64,000 bases of DNA from Candidatus Bathyarchaeia archaeon (GTDB taxonomy: Archaea; Thermoproteota; Bathyarchaeia; Bathyarchaeales; Bathycorpusculaceae): positions 36,902 to 100,901 of the forward strand of contig JBEKKX010000003.1 of NCBI GenBank assembly GCA_050010515.1, given 5' to 3'. A model generated the notes under the pieces. That model saw only the letters and a program-made list of their open reading frames with translations. It made no database searches and was not told where the DNA came from. Shown piece after piece: positions 1-10,488 of the stretch; within the stretch, counting starts at the first letter, position 1; each line of letters opens with the position of its first letter. A program made the translations under genes and the position numbers.

Positions 1-168
1 GTAAAGTTCCGCGTGCTTCACAGAATCCAGCGAGACACCCTTCAGGACGCCTTTAACAGCTGGATTCTTCATGCCAACTAACGCTTTTTCAAGGGAAGCG
101 ACTATTTCGTTTTCAATCACTATTTGATTTTTCAAAAATTCAATGAGATTATTCTTTGGTTTTTCCAT
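1..168 (-). CDS. Ferritin-like/rubrerythrin-type helical protein, 5' part only (runs off the window)
   Basis: Not in the ORF track. ATG at 168 follows a purine-rich RBS and reads MEKPKNNLIEFLKNQIVIENEIVASLEKALVGMKNPAVKGVLKGVSLDSVKHAELY to position 1, with a helical E...DSxKH pattern. It lies directly downstream of the flavodoxin gene. Confidence 0.6.
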   Translation of the reverse strand, partial: MEKPKNNLIEFLKNQIVIENEIVASLEKALVGMKNPAVKGVLKGVSLDSVKHAELY

Positions 169-189
169 TCTTTTCTCCCTTCATTTATG

Positions 190-633
190 TTAAGTCCTGT
201 TCATCAAGTTTTCGGAAATTCTTTTTCCTAAATCCTTACAGGCGCTAAGCATTTTTTCGTCAGGAATATACTTCACAAGTAAAGGTGGTTCAACAACTTG
301 CATCTCAAACTTATTTTTCATAATTTCCAAAATAAGTCTAGGTGCTTCACCGCTCCACCCATAAGAACCAAATGTGGCGCCGACTTTACCCTTCAAACTT
401 ACGCCCTTTACCGCAACTTCCTCAAAAAGCTTCTTGAAATCAATAGGCATCTCATGATGATAAGTAGGTGCCCCAACAACTAAAGCATCAAAGCTACTTA
501 GTTCTTCAGGTTCAATGTGAAAATTTAATTCGACCCTAATCTTATCGTTGATTTGTGCTCCCTCAGCTACTGCTCTCGCCATTTTTTCAGTATTTCCTGT
601 CCTGCTGTAATATAAAACAAGAATTTCCTTCAT
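190..633 (-). CDS. Flavodoxin-domain protein
   Basis: YYSRTGNTEKMA FMN-phosphate loop; GAPTY and FGSYGWSGEA motifs. Confidence 0.9.
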   Translation of the reverse strand: MKEILVLYYSRTGNTEKMARAVAEGAQINDKIRVELNFHIEPEELSSFDALVVGAPTYHHEMPIDFKKLFEEVAVKGVSLKGKVGATFGSYGWSGEAPRLILEIMKNKFEMQVVEPPLLVKYIPDEKMLSACKDLGKRISENLMNRT

Positions 634-680
634 AAAACCAAATATAAAATAACCTTATTTCAATATTTGCCTTTCGGTCA

Positions 681-994
681 TTGGTTCTGGAAACTTGGCG
701 TGGGATTTTTTCTCCATGTTTTGGTGGTTTTTGGGGTGGTTTTTTGGGTGGTTTTTTGGTTTAATTTTTAAGTTGCGATTTTGTGGGCGGTGTAAGTTGC
801 GACTTTTTGTTTGTGTTTGGTTGTGTGTATTGTTGGTGTGGTGTTGGCGGGTTTTGCATCCACAGTTGTGTCAACAGCTCAACAAGCAACTATGCACTAC
901 GGCATAGCGTTTCAGTTTTCGAAGGTTTGAAGGTCATGCTTCTTTATCACTTTTTTGGTTCTGGCAACTTGGCGTGGGATTTGTTCTCCATGTT
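681..994. repeat. 40-bp imperfect direct repeat (681-720 and 955-994) flanking a G/T-skewed low-complexity tract
   Basis: ttggttctgg(a/c)aacttggcgtgggattt(t/g)ttctccatgtt with 2 mismatches; 721-760 contains only G and T. Confidence 0.85.
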
Positions 995-1525
995 AATTTT
1001 CGTGGGATAGGTTGCTGCAACGGTTTCTGTTAACTCGGTGTGAGATTTCGGCTTAGACAGGGTATTTGCGTGTGTGCTCAAGCCTACCTCCTAGTCTACT
1101 AGATGCTTCTAATATGCCTCAAATATGATTCAACATAGTTCAACATAGAAATAATGCCCGCACTTTCTACATGAAATAGTGCTTTTTCTGCATGTGAAGA
1201 GTTTGGTTTTGTTGGTTGTTGGCAAGGTTTTAGAGCTTTCCCGAGCTAAGTAGTCTTTAAGGCGGAGTACATAAGCAAAACTGGTTTTGTTCCCTCCATA
1301 AAAGAGAGCGAAATCAAGGAAGGCCACATGAAACCGGTGCGTGCCAAGGGCAAGCCTATTTTGCTGGTACGGCAAGGCGGAAGTTTTTTGGAGTATCAAA
1401 CCGTTGCCCCGCATATTGACTGCTCTTCAAGAATTGAGATATTTTAATAGTAAGGGATATGGCTTAGTCTTTAAGCTTTTAAGTTAAACTACCTTTAAGA
1501 TATACTGGGTTTGGGTGTACATTTA

Positions 1526-3947
1526 ATGCCAATTAAAAAGAGCGAACTTTACAGTTCAATATGGCAGTCTTGTGACGAATTAAGAGGCGGAATGGATGCT
1601 TCCCAATACAAAGATTATGTCCTTGTTTTATTGTTCATGAAGTACGTTTCTGACAGGTATGCTGGAAAAAGCGATGCTTTGATTGAGGTTCCTAAAGGTG
1701 CAAGTTTCGCTGACATGGTTGCCTTAAAAGGCAAGCCTGACATAGGCGATAGAATTAACAAAATTATTGCCAAGCTTGCTGAGGCTAACGAACTAGTGGG
1801 GATTATCACCGTTGCAGACTTTAATGATGATGATAAGCTCGGGGAAGGTAAAGAAATGCAGGAACGCCTTTCTAACCTTATCGCTATTTTTGAAAAACCT
1901 GAGTTGGATTTTAGTAGGAATAGAGCTGATGGAGACGATCTTTTAGGTGACGCTTACGAGTATTTAATGCGCCATTTTGCTACAGAATCAGGTAAGAGCA
2001 AAGGGCAATTTTATACGCCGGCTGAGGTTTCAAGGATAATGGCTAAGGTAATTGGAATTAACAAAGCAGAACGGCAAGATCAAACCGTTTATGACCCAAC
2101 TTGCGGTTCGGGTTCTTTGCTATTGAAGGCTGCAAATGAAACAGAGCATGGTATAACTATCTACGGACAGGAAATGGACTTAGCGACTAGAGGCTTAGCT
2201 AAAATGAACATGATTTTACACAAGAATCCTACCGCTGACATCCAACAGGGAAACACGCTCTCAAAACCGTATTTCAAAAATAAAGATGGGACTCTAAAAA
2301 CCTTTGATTTCGCGGTGGCTAATCCACCTTTTTCAACTAAAGCATGGAGTAACGGTTTTGAACCAGACCATGACATGTTTGGAAGGTTTGAGGGGTTCGG
2401 TATTCCGCCTGCAAAGAATGGCGATTACGCTTTCCTTTTGCACCTGATTAAATCTTTAAAAAGTACTGGCAAGGGTGCTATAATTTTGCCACATGGTGTA
2501 CTTTTTAGGGGCAATTCCGAAGCCAATATAAGGAAAAATCTAATCAAGAGAGGCTACATAAAAGGCATTATAGGCTTGCCAGCTAACTTGTTTTATGGGA
2601 CAGGCATTCCTGCTTGCATTATTTGTAATAGATAAAGAGGATGCTGAAAGCCGAACAGGCGTTTTTATGATAGACGCAAGCAAGGGCTATATTAAAGACG
2701 GAAATAAAAACCGGCTCAGAGAGCAAGATATTCATGAAATTGTAGATGCTTTCAATAACCAAATTGAAGTCCCAAGATACTCACGCATGGTTCCTATAAC
2801 AGAAATCAGCAATCCAAAGAACGATTACAATCTTAACATATCCCGATACATTGATAGTCAAGAAGAAGAGGATCTACAAGACATAGAAGCTCACCTTCTT
2901 GGCGGCATTCCAGCAAAAGACGTTGAAGATTTAGCCGCTTACTGGAGTGTTTGTCCATCTTTAAAGGAAGCGCTCTTTACTCCAAGTGAACGACCGGAAT
3001 ACTTCAACTTAAAGGTCAAAAAAACAAATATCAAATCAACTATTTTTGAAAACTCCGAATTTACTGGCTATTCAAAGAAAGTAGAGTCAACCTTCAACGG
3101 TTGGCAGGAAGAAATAAAGTCATTACTAAACAATTTACAGATCGGTTCCAAACCTAAAGAACTAATCACTATTCTTTCAGAAAAACTCATTTCCTCCTTT
3201 GGCAAGAATGCCCTCATAGACAAATACGATGTCTACCAAAAACTCATGGACTATTGGTTTGAAACAATGCAAGACGACGCCTACTTAATATCAACAAACG
3301 GCTGGAAAGCAGAATTGAACGTTACTAAAAACAGTAAGGGCAAAGACACCGAATGGACTTGCGACCTAATACCAAAAAAAGTCCTGATTGCCAAGTTTTT
3401 CGTTAAGGCGCAGGAAACAATAAACGACCTTATGGTAGAAGCTGAAACAATAGGTCAGCAAATGGAAACCTTAAAAGAGGAAAACACTGGAGAAGACGAC
3501 CTATTTGCAGAGGTAAAAAATGATGCTGACAAGATCGCTAAACCAGATCTTATCAAGAGGATAAGAAACATAAACGCAAAAAGTGAGTTTGTTGATGAAC
3601 TCAAAGTTTTGGAGGAATACTTGGGGCTAATACAAAAGAATGCGGAAATCAACAGCAAAATAAAAAGTGTCGAATTAGACCTTGACAAAAAATTGCAAAT
3701 TAAATGCAAAAACTTAACCCTTGAGGAAACCAAGTCGCTGGTAGTTGAAGATAAATGGCTAAAATCAATGCATGACTCTGTAAAGAACGAAGTCGAAAGA
3801 ATCTCCCAAAAACTTGCAGGTAGAATAAAAGAGCTTGCAGAACGGTATGAATCACCCATGCCGAAATTGACCAAAGAAGTTGAGGAGCACTCCAAAAATG
3901 TTGATAATCACCTAAGAAACATGGGTTTTGAATGGGTTTGCCAATAA
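1526..3947 (+). pseudogene. hsdM: Type I R-M methyltransferase HsdM, split by a 1-bp insertion near 2621-2624 (pseudogene or assembly error)
   Basis: ORF1 has DPTCGSG and NPPF and ends GIPACII-CNR*. ORF2 continues VIDKEDAE. Removing one T from ATT ATT T GTA ATA GAT AAA restores a single 806-aa frame. Confidence 0.9.
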
Positions 3948-5203
3948 TAGAAAAAGGGTACAACAAGACGGAGATAGGTACAATCCCTGAAGATTGGACC
4001 CTGAAGAAACTGAAAGATATTTTGTTATCTACACAACTGGGTGGCAACTATCAAAATAGTGAAGAAGAAACGCCCTACCCATTGATGAAAATGGGGAATA
4101 TTGAAAGGGGAAATATTAACCTGGATAAAATTGAATATATAAAACAAAATGTCAAGCCGTCTGAAAGAGACAAACTAAATTTTGGAGACATTTTGTTCAA
4201 CACAAGAAATACATTGGAATTGGTGGGAAAAGTCGCAATATGGAGAGATGAGCTGCCGATAGCGTATTTCAATTCCAATTTAATGAGGTTGAAATTTAAT
4301 ATCGATGTTTCCAACTTTTTTATGAATTATGTTTTTAACTCTAAAAGCTTGCTTACTCAATTAAAGTCCATAGCGACTGGAACTACGAGCGTCGGCGCGA
4401 TCTATACACGAGATCTGTTTGGTATACAAATTCCACTTCCTGAATTAGAAGAACAATCCGCTATAGCTCAAGTCCTCTCAGACGCGGACGACCTGATCGA
4501 ATCTCTTGACAAGCTTATCACAAAGAAGAAGCTCATTAAGCAGGCTGCAATGCAGGAACTCCTCACAAGTAAGAAAAGATTGTCAGGTTTTTCTGAAAGG
4601 TGGGCAATCAAAAAGCTTGGAAAGATCGGATATTTTAAGGGAGGCAGCGGATTTCCTCTTAAATACCAGAAATCTTCAGAAGGCACTTTTCCTTTTTATA
4701 AAGTATCAGATATGAATAATAAAGGCAACATTATTTTCATGTCTACTTCTAACAATTACATTTCTGAATATGTAGTAAAGAAAATTGGAGCTACTATTTT
4801 TCCAAAAAACTCCATTATTTTTGCAAAAATTGGTGCAGCAATATTCCTTGAAAGAAAAAGGATACTTTCAACAAATAGCTGTATAGATAATAATATGATG
4901 GGTTTTATAGTCGATAAACATCAAGCAAATTACAGGTTTATTTACTATAAACTAATTCAAACTAATTTTGGCAAGCTTTCAAGTACAACAGCGTTGCCAT
5001 CTTTAAATGGAAACGAACTTGGAGAATTGGATACTTTCTTACCGACTGATTTAAGGGAGCAGGAAGAAATCGCTAGAATTATCTCTGATATGGATGGGGC
5101 GCTTGAGGCTCTTGAGCGAAAGAGGGATAAGTACAAACAATTAAAAGTAGGCTTGATGCAACAGCTATTAACAGGAAGAATTCGGTTAAAATGGAAAAGC
5201 TGA
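3932..5203 (+). CDS. hsdS: Type I R-M specificity subunit
   Basis: IPEDW start, two TRDs, EQxxIA...L helices and MQxLLTG-type repeats. Confidence 0.95.
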   Translation: MGLPIIEKGYNKTEIGTIPEDWTLKKLKDILLSTQLGGNYQNSEEETPYPLMKMGNIERGNINLDKIEYIKQNVKPSERDKLNFGDILFNTRNTLELVGKVAIWRDELPIAYFNSNLMRLKFNIDVSNFFMNYVFNSKSLLTQLKSIATGTTSVGAIYTRDLFGIQIPLPELEEQSAIAQVLSDADDLIESLDKLITKKKLIKQAAMQELLTSKKRLSGFSERWAIKKLGKIGYFKGGSGFPLKYQKSSEGTFPFYKVSDMNNKGNIIFMSTSNNYISEYVVKKIGATIFPKNSIIFAKIGAAIFLERKRILSTNSCIDNNMMGFIVDKHQANYRFIYYKLIQTNFGKLSSTTALPSLNGNELGELDTFLPTDLREQEEIARIISDMDGALEALERKRDKYKQLKVGLMQQLLTGRIRLKWKS

Positions 5204-8200
5204 TTGTCGGGCAAGCTGAAAGGAAAACTCAGGAAAGAATAATTAAACTATTTTCAGGTAAACTGTTGGGGTACTCTTATCTCGGTAATTGGGAGGATCG
5301 TGAGAATAGCAACATAGAAGAAGAGTATCTAATCAAGTTCCTCAAGAAGCAAGGTTACAATGATAATCTAATTAAAAAAGCCCTTTTTGAATTACAGCAA
5401 GTTGCTTCTAATCAAAACAAGGGACTATATGATATTAACAAAGAAGTCTACAGTCTTTTAAGATATGGCATTCAAGTAAAAGATAACATTGGGGAAACTA
5501 AACAAACCGTTTGGCTAATAGACTGGAATAACAAATTAAACAATGATTTCTACATAGCTGAGGAAGTGACTGTTAGAGGCGAACATGATAAGCGCCCCGA
5601 TATAGTCTTGTACGTTAATGGGGTAGCAGTGGCTGTTTTGGAGCTAAAAAGAAGCACGATCTCAGTATCCCAAGGCATAAGGCAAAACCTCGATAACCAA
5701 AAGCAGATTTTCATAAAACAGTTCTTTGCAACAATCCAGCTTGTTATGGCTGGAAATGATACCGAAGGCTTGAGCTATGCAACGACTGAAACCCCTGAAA
5801 AATACTATCTCAAATGGAAAGAGCATTCTAAAATAAAAAACAAGCTTGAAAAAGACTTATCCTTGCTTTGTAGCAAGGAACGCCTCTTAGAAATAATTCA
5901 TGATTTCATAGTCTTTGATTTTGGAGTCAAAAAGATCTGCCGACACAACCAATACTTCGGAGTTAAGGCGTGTCAAGCGTACCTAAAGAGAAGGAAAGGC
6001 GGCATAATTTGGCACACTCAAGGGAGCGGCAAAAGCCTAATTATGATTTGGCTTGCCAAATGGATAAGAGAAAACATAACCGACTCGCGGGTTTTAATAA
6101 TTACTGACCGGGAAGAACTCGACAGCCAGATTGAAAATTTCTTCAAAGGAGTCGACGAGCAAATTTACCGGACAGAAAGTGGAAAAGACTTAATCCAACA
6201 ACTCATGAATGCTAAGCCATGGCTTATGTGTTCCCTCATCCACAAATTCGGAACAAAAAAACAACAAAGCGAAGAACAAGACTTAGAGGAATATATTCAG
6301 GAAATAATGAATAATCTTCCAACTAATTTCAAGCCAAAAGGCGACCTGTATGTTTTTGTCGATGAATGTCACAGAACTCAATCAGGAAAATTACATGGAG
6401 CAATGAAAGGTATCATTCCTAACGCGATCTTCATCGGCTTTACCGGAACACCACTATTAAAAAAAGACAAGAAAACAAGCCGACAAGTGTTTGGCGACTA
6501 CATTCATACCTACAAGTACAACGAAGCCGTATCCGATAACGTAGTTTTAGATTTACAGTATGAGGCAAGAGAAGTAGATCAAAGGATAACTTCTCAAGAA
6601 AAAATAGACCAGTGGTTTGAAGCAAAGACAAGAGGGCTGACAGAGTATGCAAAGGCCGAATTGAAGACGAAATGGGGTACTATGCAAAAAGTCCTCAGTT
6701 CCCAACCGCGGTTGAATAGAATAGTCGCAGACATAATGTTTGACATGGAAACCAAAAACCGGTTGCTAAGCGGTAGAGGTAACGCAATGCTTGTTTCAGG
6801 TAGTATATACCAAGCCTGTCAATACTATGAACTGTTCCAAAATAACGGTCTTAAAAAATGCGCAATAATAACCTCTTATTCAGGTGACATAGACCTAATT
6901 AAGGGTGAAAGCACCGGAGAAGACGATGAGACAGATAACATATTCAAATATGAAACATACCAAAAAATGATCGCTTACTATGAAGGTATTTACCCTGAAA
7001 TCAAAACCAAGGGCTTTGAAGAAGTAATAAAAGAAAAATTCGTAAAAGAACCCGGCCAGATGAAACTTCTAATTGTAGTTGATAAGCTCCTTACTGGTTT
7101 TGATGCCCCACCTGCAACTTACTTGTACATCGATAAAAGCATGCAGGATCATGGTCTTTTCCAAGCAATCTGCCGAGTTAACAGACTCGACGGCGAAGAC
7201 AAAGACTACGGCTATATAATTGACTACAAGGACCTATTCAAAAGCCTCAGCCAAGCAGTAAAAGATTACACTACAGGAGCGTTTAGCGGATTTGACAAAG
7301 AAGATGTTGAGGGCCTGCTTAAAGATAGACTGAAAACTGGAAAAGAGAATTTAGATTCAGCCCTTGAAGGCATCAAGGTTCTCTGCGAACCCGTAAAACC
7401 ACCCAAAGATTCTTCAGCATATATCGAATATTTCTGCGGCAATACAGAAAAACCGGAGGAATTAGCCGCCACTGAACAAAAAAGAATATCTCTCTACAAA
7501 CTAACCTCAAAACTATTACGATCATACGTAAACATTGCCAATGAAATGAAAGAAGCGGGCTACAGCCAGAAAGAAACAGAAAAAATAAAGCAAAATGTAA
7601 GCAACTTTGAAAACATTAGAAGCGAAATCAAGTTAGCAAGTCATGATTACATCGATTTGAAAGCTTACGAACCTGCAATGCGCCATTTAATAGATTCTTA
7701 TATTGATGCAGATGAAAGCAAAACAGTAACTGCGTTTGATGATTTAACGCTCATAGACCTGATAGTCAATAAAGGCGTAGACGCAATCGATTCTCTTCCC
7801 AAAGGGATCAAAGAAAACAAAAATGCCGTTGCAGAAACAATTGAAAATAACGTGCGAAGACTAATCATTGAAGAGAAACCGACAAATCCAAAATATTTTG
7901 AAAAAATGTCAGTTTTACTTGATGAACTGATTAGGGAGAGAAAACAAAACGCTGTAGAATACGCCAACTACTTGAAAAGAATAGTGAATATTGTTAGAAG
8001 AGTAAAGAACAGCTCATTTGTCGATACGTACCCAAAGACAATCAATACAAAAGCCAAAAAAGCACTTTACGATAATTTAGAAAACAACGAAGAGCTTGCT
8101 CTAAAAGTTAATGAGCATATTGAGACGGAAAAGTCTGACGGCTGGCGAGGAAGCCGTATTAAAGAAAAACAGGTAAGAATTGCAATCAAAAACGCTTTAG

Positions 8201-8274
8201 CCGAATTCGGAATAAGCGATGAAGCTAAAATAGATGCAGTCCTAGAATTGGTGAAGAATCAAAATGAATACTAA
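5191..8274 (+). CDS. hsdR: Type I restriction endonuclease subunit R
   Basis: RPDIVLYVNG..ELK nuclease motif; HTQGSGKS, DECHR, FTGTP, LLTGFDAP and QAICRVNR helicase motifs. Confidence 0.97.
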   Translation: MEKLIVGQAERKTQERIIKLFSGKLLGYSYLGNWEDRENSNIEEEYLIKFLKKQGYNDNLIKKALFELQQVASNQNKGLYDINKEVYSLLRYGIQVKDNIGETKQTVWLIDWNNKLNNDFYIAEEVTVRGEHDKRPDIVLYVNGVAVAVLELKRSTISVSQGIRQNLDNQKQIFIKQFFATIQLVMAGNDTEGLSYATTETPEKYYLKWKEHSKIKNKLEKDLSLLCSKERLLEIIHDFIVFDFGVKKICRHNQYFGVKACQAYLKRRKGGIIWHTQGSGKSLIMIWLAKWIRENITDSRVLIITDREELDSQIENFFKGVDEQIYRTESGKDLIQQLMNAKPWLMCSLIHKFGTKKQQSEEQDLEEYIQEIMNNLPTNFKPKGDLYVFVDECHRTQSGKLHGAMKGIIPNAIFIGFTGTPLLKKDKKTSRQVFGDYIHTYKYNEAVSDNVVLDLQYEAREVDQRITSQEKIDQWFEAKTRGLTEYAKAELKTKWGTMQKVLSSQPRLNRIVADIMFDMETKNRLLSGRGNAMLVSGSIYQACQYYELFQNNGLKKCAIITSYSGDIDLIKGESTGEDDETDNIFKYETYQKMIAYYEGIYPEIKTKGFEEVIKEKFVKEPGQMKLLIVVDKLLTGFDAPPATYLYIDKSMQDHGLFQAICRVNRLDGEDKDYGYIIDYKDLFKSLSQAVKDYTTGAFSGFDKEDVEGLLKDRLKTGKENLDSALEGIKVLCEPVKPPKDSSAYIEYFCGNTEKPEELAATEQKRISLYKLTSKLLRSYVNIANEMKEAGYSQKETEKIKQNVSNFENIRSEIKLASHDYIDLKAYEPAMRHLIDSYIDADESKTVTAFDDLTLIDLIVNKGVDAIDSLPKGIKENKNAVAETIENNVRRLIIEEKPTNPKYFEKMSVLLDELIRERKQNAVEYANYLKRIVNIVRRVKNSSFVDTYPKTINTKAKKALYDNLENNEELALKVNEHIETEKSDGWRGSRIKEKQVRIAIKNALAEFGISDEAKIDAVLELVKNQNEY

Positions 8275-9010
8275 CACAAGCAATACAGAAATTTGCAATT
8301 TAGAGGTTCAAATAGTTAAGAAAGACATAAAAAACATACATTTGGGCGTTTATCCTCCCGATGGTAAGATAAGAGTCGCAGTTCCAATTCAAACAACCGA
8401 TGAAAAAATACGGTTATTAATTAATTCAAAAATATCTTGGATAAAAAGACAACAATCTAAATTTCTTGAACAGGAACGGCAATCCAAAAGAGAATATGTC
8501 TCTGGGGAAAGCCATTTCTTCATGGGAAATAGGTATCTATTGACCGTAATTAACTCAAACAGCCCGCCTAGAGTCGAGATAAAAAGAAAAAAACGTATAG
8601 ACATGTATGTTAAGCCACAGACAACTCTCAAAAAGAAAGAGCAATTAATGAATGCTTTCTATCGTTCTGAGCTTAAAAAAGAAACTCCCCCATTGATTGA
8701 GAAATGGGAAAAAATTATGGGTATAACCGTTAAGGAATTTAAAATCAAGAAAATGAAAACAAAGTGGGGAACCTGCAGCCCTAAAAACCAAAGAATATGG
8801 ATAAATCTGGAACTAGCAAAAAAACCAAGACATTGTTTAGAATATGTTTTAGTTCATGAAATGACTCATTTGATCGAAAAGAAACATACCGACCAGTTTA
8901 ACTCTTTAATGTACTTCTTCATACCACAAGGCGCTCAGTATAAACAAGAATTAAATAACGATATCTTGGCTTATTCAAAGTGGAACAATCTAACAGAACC
9001 CAGTCATTAA
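8264..9010 (+). CDS. YgjP/DUF45-like (M48/SprT-type) zinc metallopeptidase, usual hsdR neighbour
   Basis: KWGTCS and VHEMTH (HExxH) motifs; overlaps the hsdR stop. Confidence 0.9.
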   Translation: MNTNTSNTEICNLEVQIVKKDIKNIHLGVYPPDGKIRVAVPIQTTDEKIRLLINSKISWIKRQQSKFLEQERQSKREYVSGESHFFMGNRYLLTVINSNSPPRVEIKRKKRIDMYVKPQTTLKKKEQLMNAFYRSELKKETPPLIEKWEKIMGITVKEFKIKKMKTKWGTCSPKNQRIWINLELAKKPRHCLEYVLVHEMTHLIEKKHTDQFNSLMYFFIPQGAQYKQELNNDILAYSKWNNLTEPSH

Positions 9011-9043
9011 AACAAGAAAATAAAACTATAAGAAAAAAAAGCT

Positions 9044-9253
9044 TTATTCACGCCTCTTTCCTCTGCTTTCTCCGCCTTTCCTTCCTATTTCCCTGTAGAA
9101 TTCGGAACCGCGCTCCTCAGCTACTTTTTCGCCGCCTTTCCTACCGATCTCTCTGTAAAATTGTGGACCTCTTTCTCGAGCCACTTTTTCGCCGCCTTTT
9201 CTTCCAGCTTCTTCACGTGTCATCTTCCTTTTTTCTTCACTTTTAACTACCAA
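9044..9253 (-). CDS. KGG-repeat / GsiB / Em-like hydrophilin
   Basis: MTREEAGRKGG plus two RGxxFYREIGRKGG units; GGAGGTGA lies 6 nt before the TTG. Confidence 0.9.
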   Translation of the reverse strand: MVVKSEEKRKMTREEAGRKGGEKVARERGPQFYREIGRKGGEKVAEERGSEFYREIGRKGGESRGKRRE

Positions 9254-9314
9254 AATTATTCACCTCCCTTTATTTCCTCGAAAAAGGCTGTCTTGTTATC
9301 TACTCAAGGATAGC

Positions 9315-9349
9315 CTTTAAGCGTGTGTGGTTATCAAAAAGCAATCACA
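9315..9349 (-). promoter_or_regulatory. TATA box plus 24-bp pseudo-palindrome, copy 1
   Basis: Sense strand reads TGTGATTGC-N6-ATAACCACA-N5-TTAAAG. Confidence 0.65.
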
Positions 9350-9449
9350 AACCTACTTGGCGAGCTAGTTAACCACAGTAATCTCTATTTTTCAAAATAG
9401 GAAACTAACGCCAAGAAATTAAATTAAAGAAAACGGAATGTTTAGTTAG

Positions 9450-9734
9450 TTATTCTATTTTCCCTATTTCTTTTGTTATATCTATTGGCGATTTATAGGT
9501 TTTATCCGGCAGTTTGTTTAATAAATCCATTACATCGTCTGGGGCATCTTTATCTTGTGCTTTGTCGACCAAGTTCTTTTTTTCTGCTGGGTAATGTATG
9601 CCAGCAAGATATTTTTCCACTATAGCTGGGCTAACGTGACCAGATTTTCCGCTTCTATTTGTGTATTGTCGTCGTGCCTCTCTACCTTGACCTATGCCTA
9701 CGCGCCTACTTGTTTGAACTTCTTCTCTACTCGT
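9450..9734 (-). CDS. DUF2795-family protein with apparent ACG start (missing from the ORF track)
   Basis: Reads (M)SREEVQTSRRVGIGQGREARRQYTNRSGKSGHVSPAIVEKYLAGIHYPAEKKNLVDKAQDKDAPDDVMDLLNKLPDKTYKSPIDITKEIGKIE*, with the LxGxxYPAxKxxL signature. GGAGGTGA is at 9741-9748. Confidence 0.8.
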   Translation of the reverse strand, partial: TSREEVQTSRRVGIGQGREARRQYTNRSGKSGHVSPAIVEKYLAGIHYPAEKKNLVDKAQDKDAPDDVMDLLNKLPDKTYKSPIDITKEIGKIE

Positions 9735-9795
9735 TATCCTTCACCTCCATACTCTTAAACGAGTTAACTCGAAAAATAAAAAACATGCTTACCGT

Positions 9796-9966
9796 TTATT
9801 CTTCTCCGTGCTCTTTTCCTTCCTCAATAAGTTTTCGAACTTTTAGTCCACTTTTGCTACTAATCTCACTGTAAAATTCAGATCCATGAGTCTCAGACGT
9901 CTTTTCTCCACCCATCCGACCAGCCTCCGCAACAGTCATCTTTCCCTTCTTCCTCGATTCACTCAA
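9796..9966 (-). CDS. KGG/Em-like hydrophilin (56 aa)
   Basis: KGKMTVAEAGRMGG...HGSEFYSEI; GGAGGTGA lies 5 nt before the TTG at 9966. Confidence 0.85.
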   Translation of the reverse strand: MSESRKKGKMTVAEAGRMGGEKTSETHGSEFYSEISSKSGLKVRKLIEEGKEHGEE

Positions 9967-10057
9967 ACACATCACCTCCAAAAAAGTATGTTCCCGCTTT
10001 TTTGTCAACATTGTCAACACTTAATTGCTTTCTTAATTTTCTAGCCTGAAACAAAAC

Positions 10058-10092
10058 TTTTAAACATATGTGGCTGTCTTAGCACAGTAACA
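10058..10092 (-). promoter_or_regulatory. TATA box plus 24-bp pseudo-palindrome, copy 2
   Basis: Sense strand reads TGTTACTGT-N6-ACAGCCACA-N5-TTAAAA. Confidence 0.75.
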
Positions 10093-10214
10093 ACTGGAAG
10101 GAGCTTTTTTTAGGTCAAAAATACAATTTAGACTATAAATTAAGTCAAAACTCAAACGTTGAAAAATTTTTGGATCAGCTTTTCAAATTAAAACAAGGTT
10201 AATTGCAGTTTTTT

Positions 10215-10409
10215 CTATTCTTCTTCGTGTGCTTTTCCTGCTTCAATAAGTTTACGGACTCTTTGTCCACCTTTCGGTCCGCCTATTTTTCCACCCTTGC
10301 GGCCTATTTCGCTATAGAATTCTTCTCCGTGGGTTTCAGCTGTTTTTAGTCCGCCTTTCCTTCCGGCTTCTTCAACCGTCATTTTACCTTTTTTCTTTTC
10401 TCTTGACAA
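10215..10409 (-). CDS. KGG/Em-like hydrophilin (64 aa)
   Basis: MTVEEAGRKGG...HGEEFYSEIGRKGG; GGAGGTGA lies 6 nt before the TTG. Confidence 0.9.
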   Translation of the reverse strand: MSREKKKGKMTVEEAGRKGGLKTAETHGEEFYSEIGRKGGKIGGPKGGQRVRKLIEAGKAHEEE

Positions 10410-10488
10410 TACCCTTCACCTCCATTAAAAAAGCGTTTTGATATCTAAAGAAGCTGAAACTAACAAGTAATTACTAAAATAAGGTTTT

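Noticed and set aside
695-1010. Trp/Phe/Gly/Cys-rich ORFs 695-907 and 783-1010
   Set aside because: They are artefacts of the G/T-only low-complexity tract, which lacks stop codons.
1130-1414. 94-aa ORF ending in CRKC..C
   Set aside because: It has no RBS or recognisable family, and only the tail looks zinc-finger-like; too weak to call.
2611-2630. Programmed frameshift or phase variation in hsdM
   Set aside because: There is no slippery heptamer or long simple repeat at the site.
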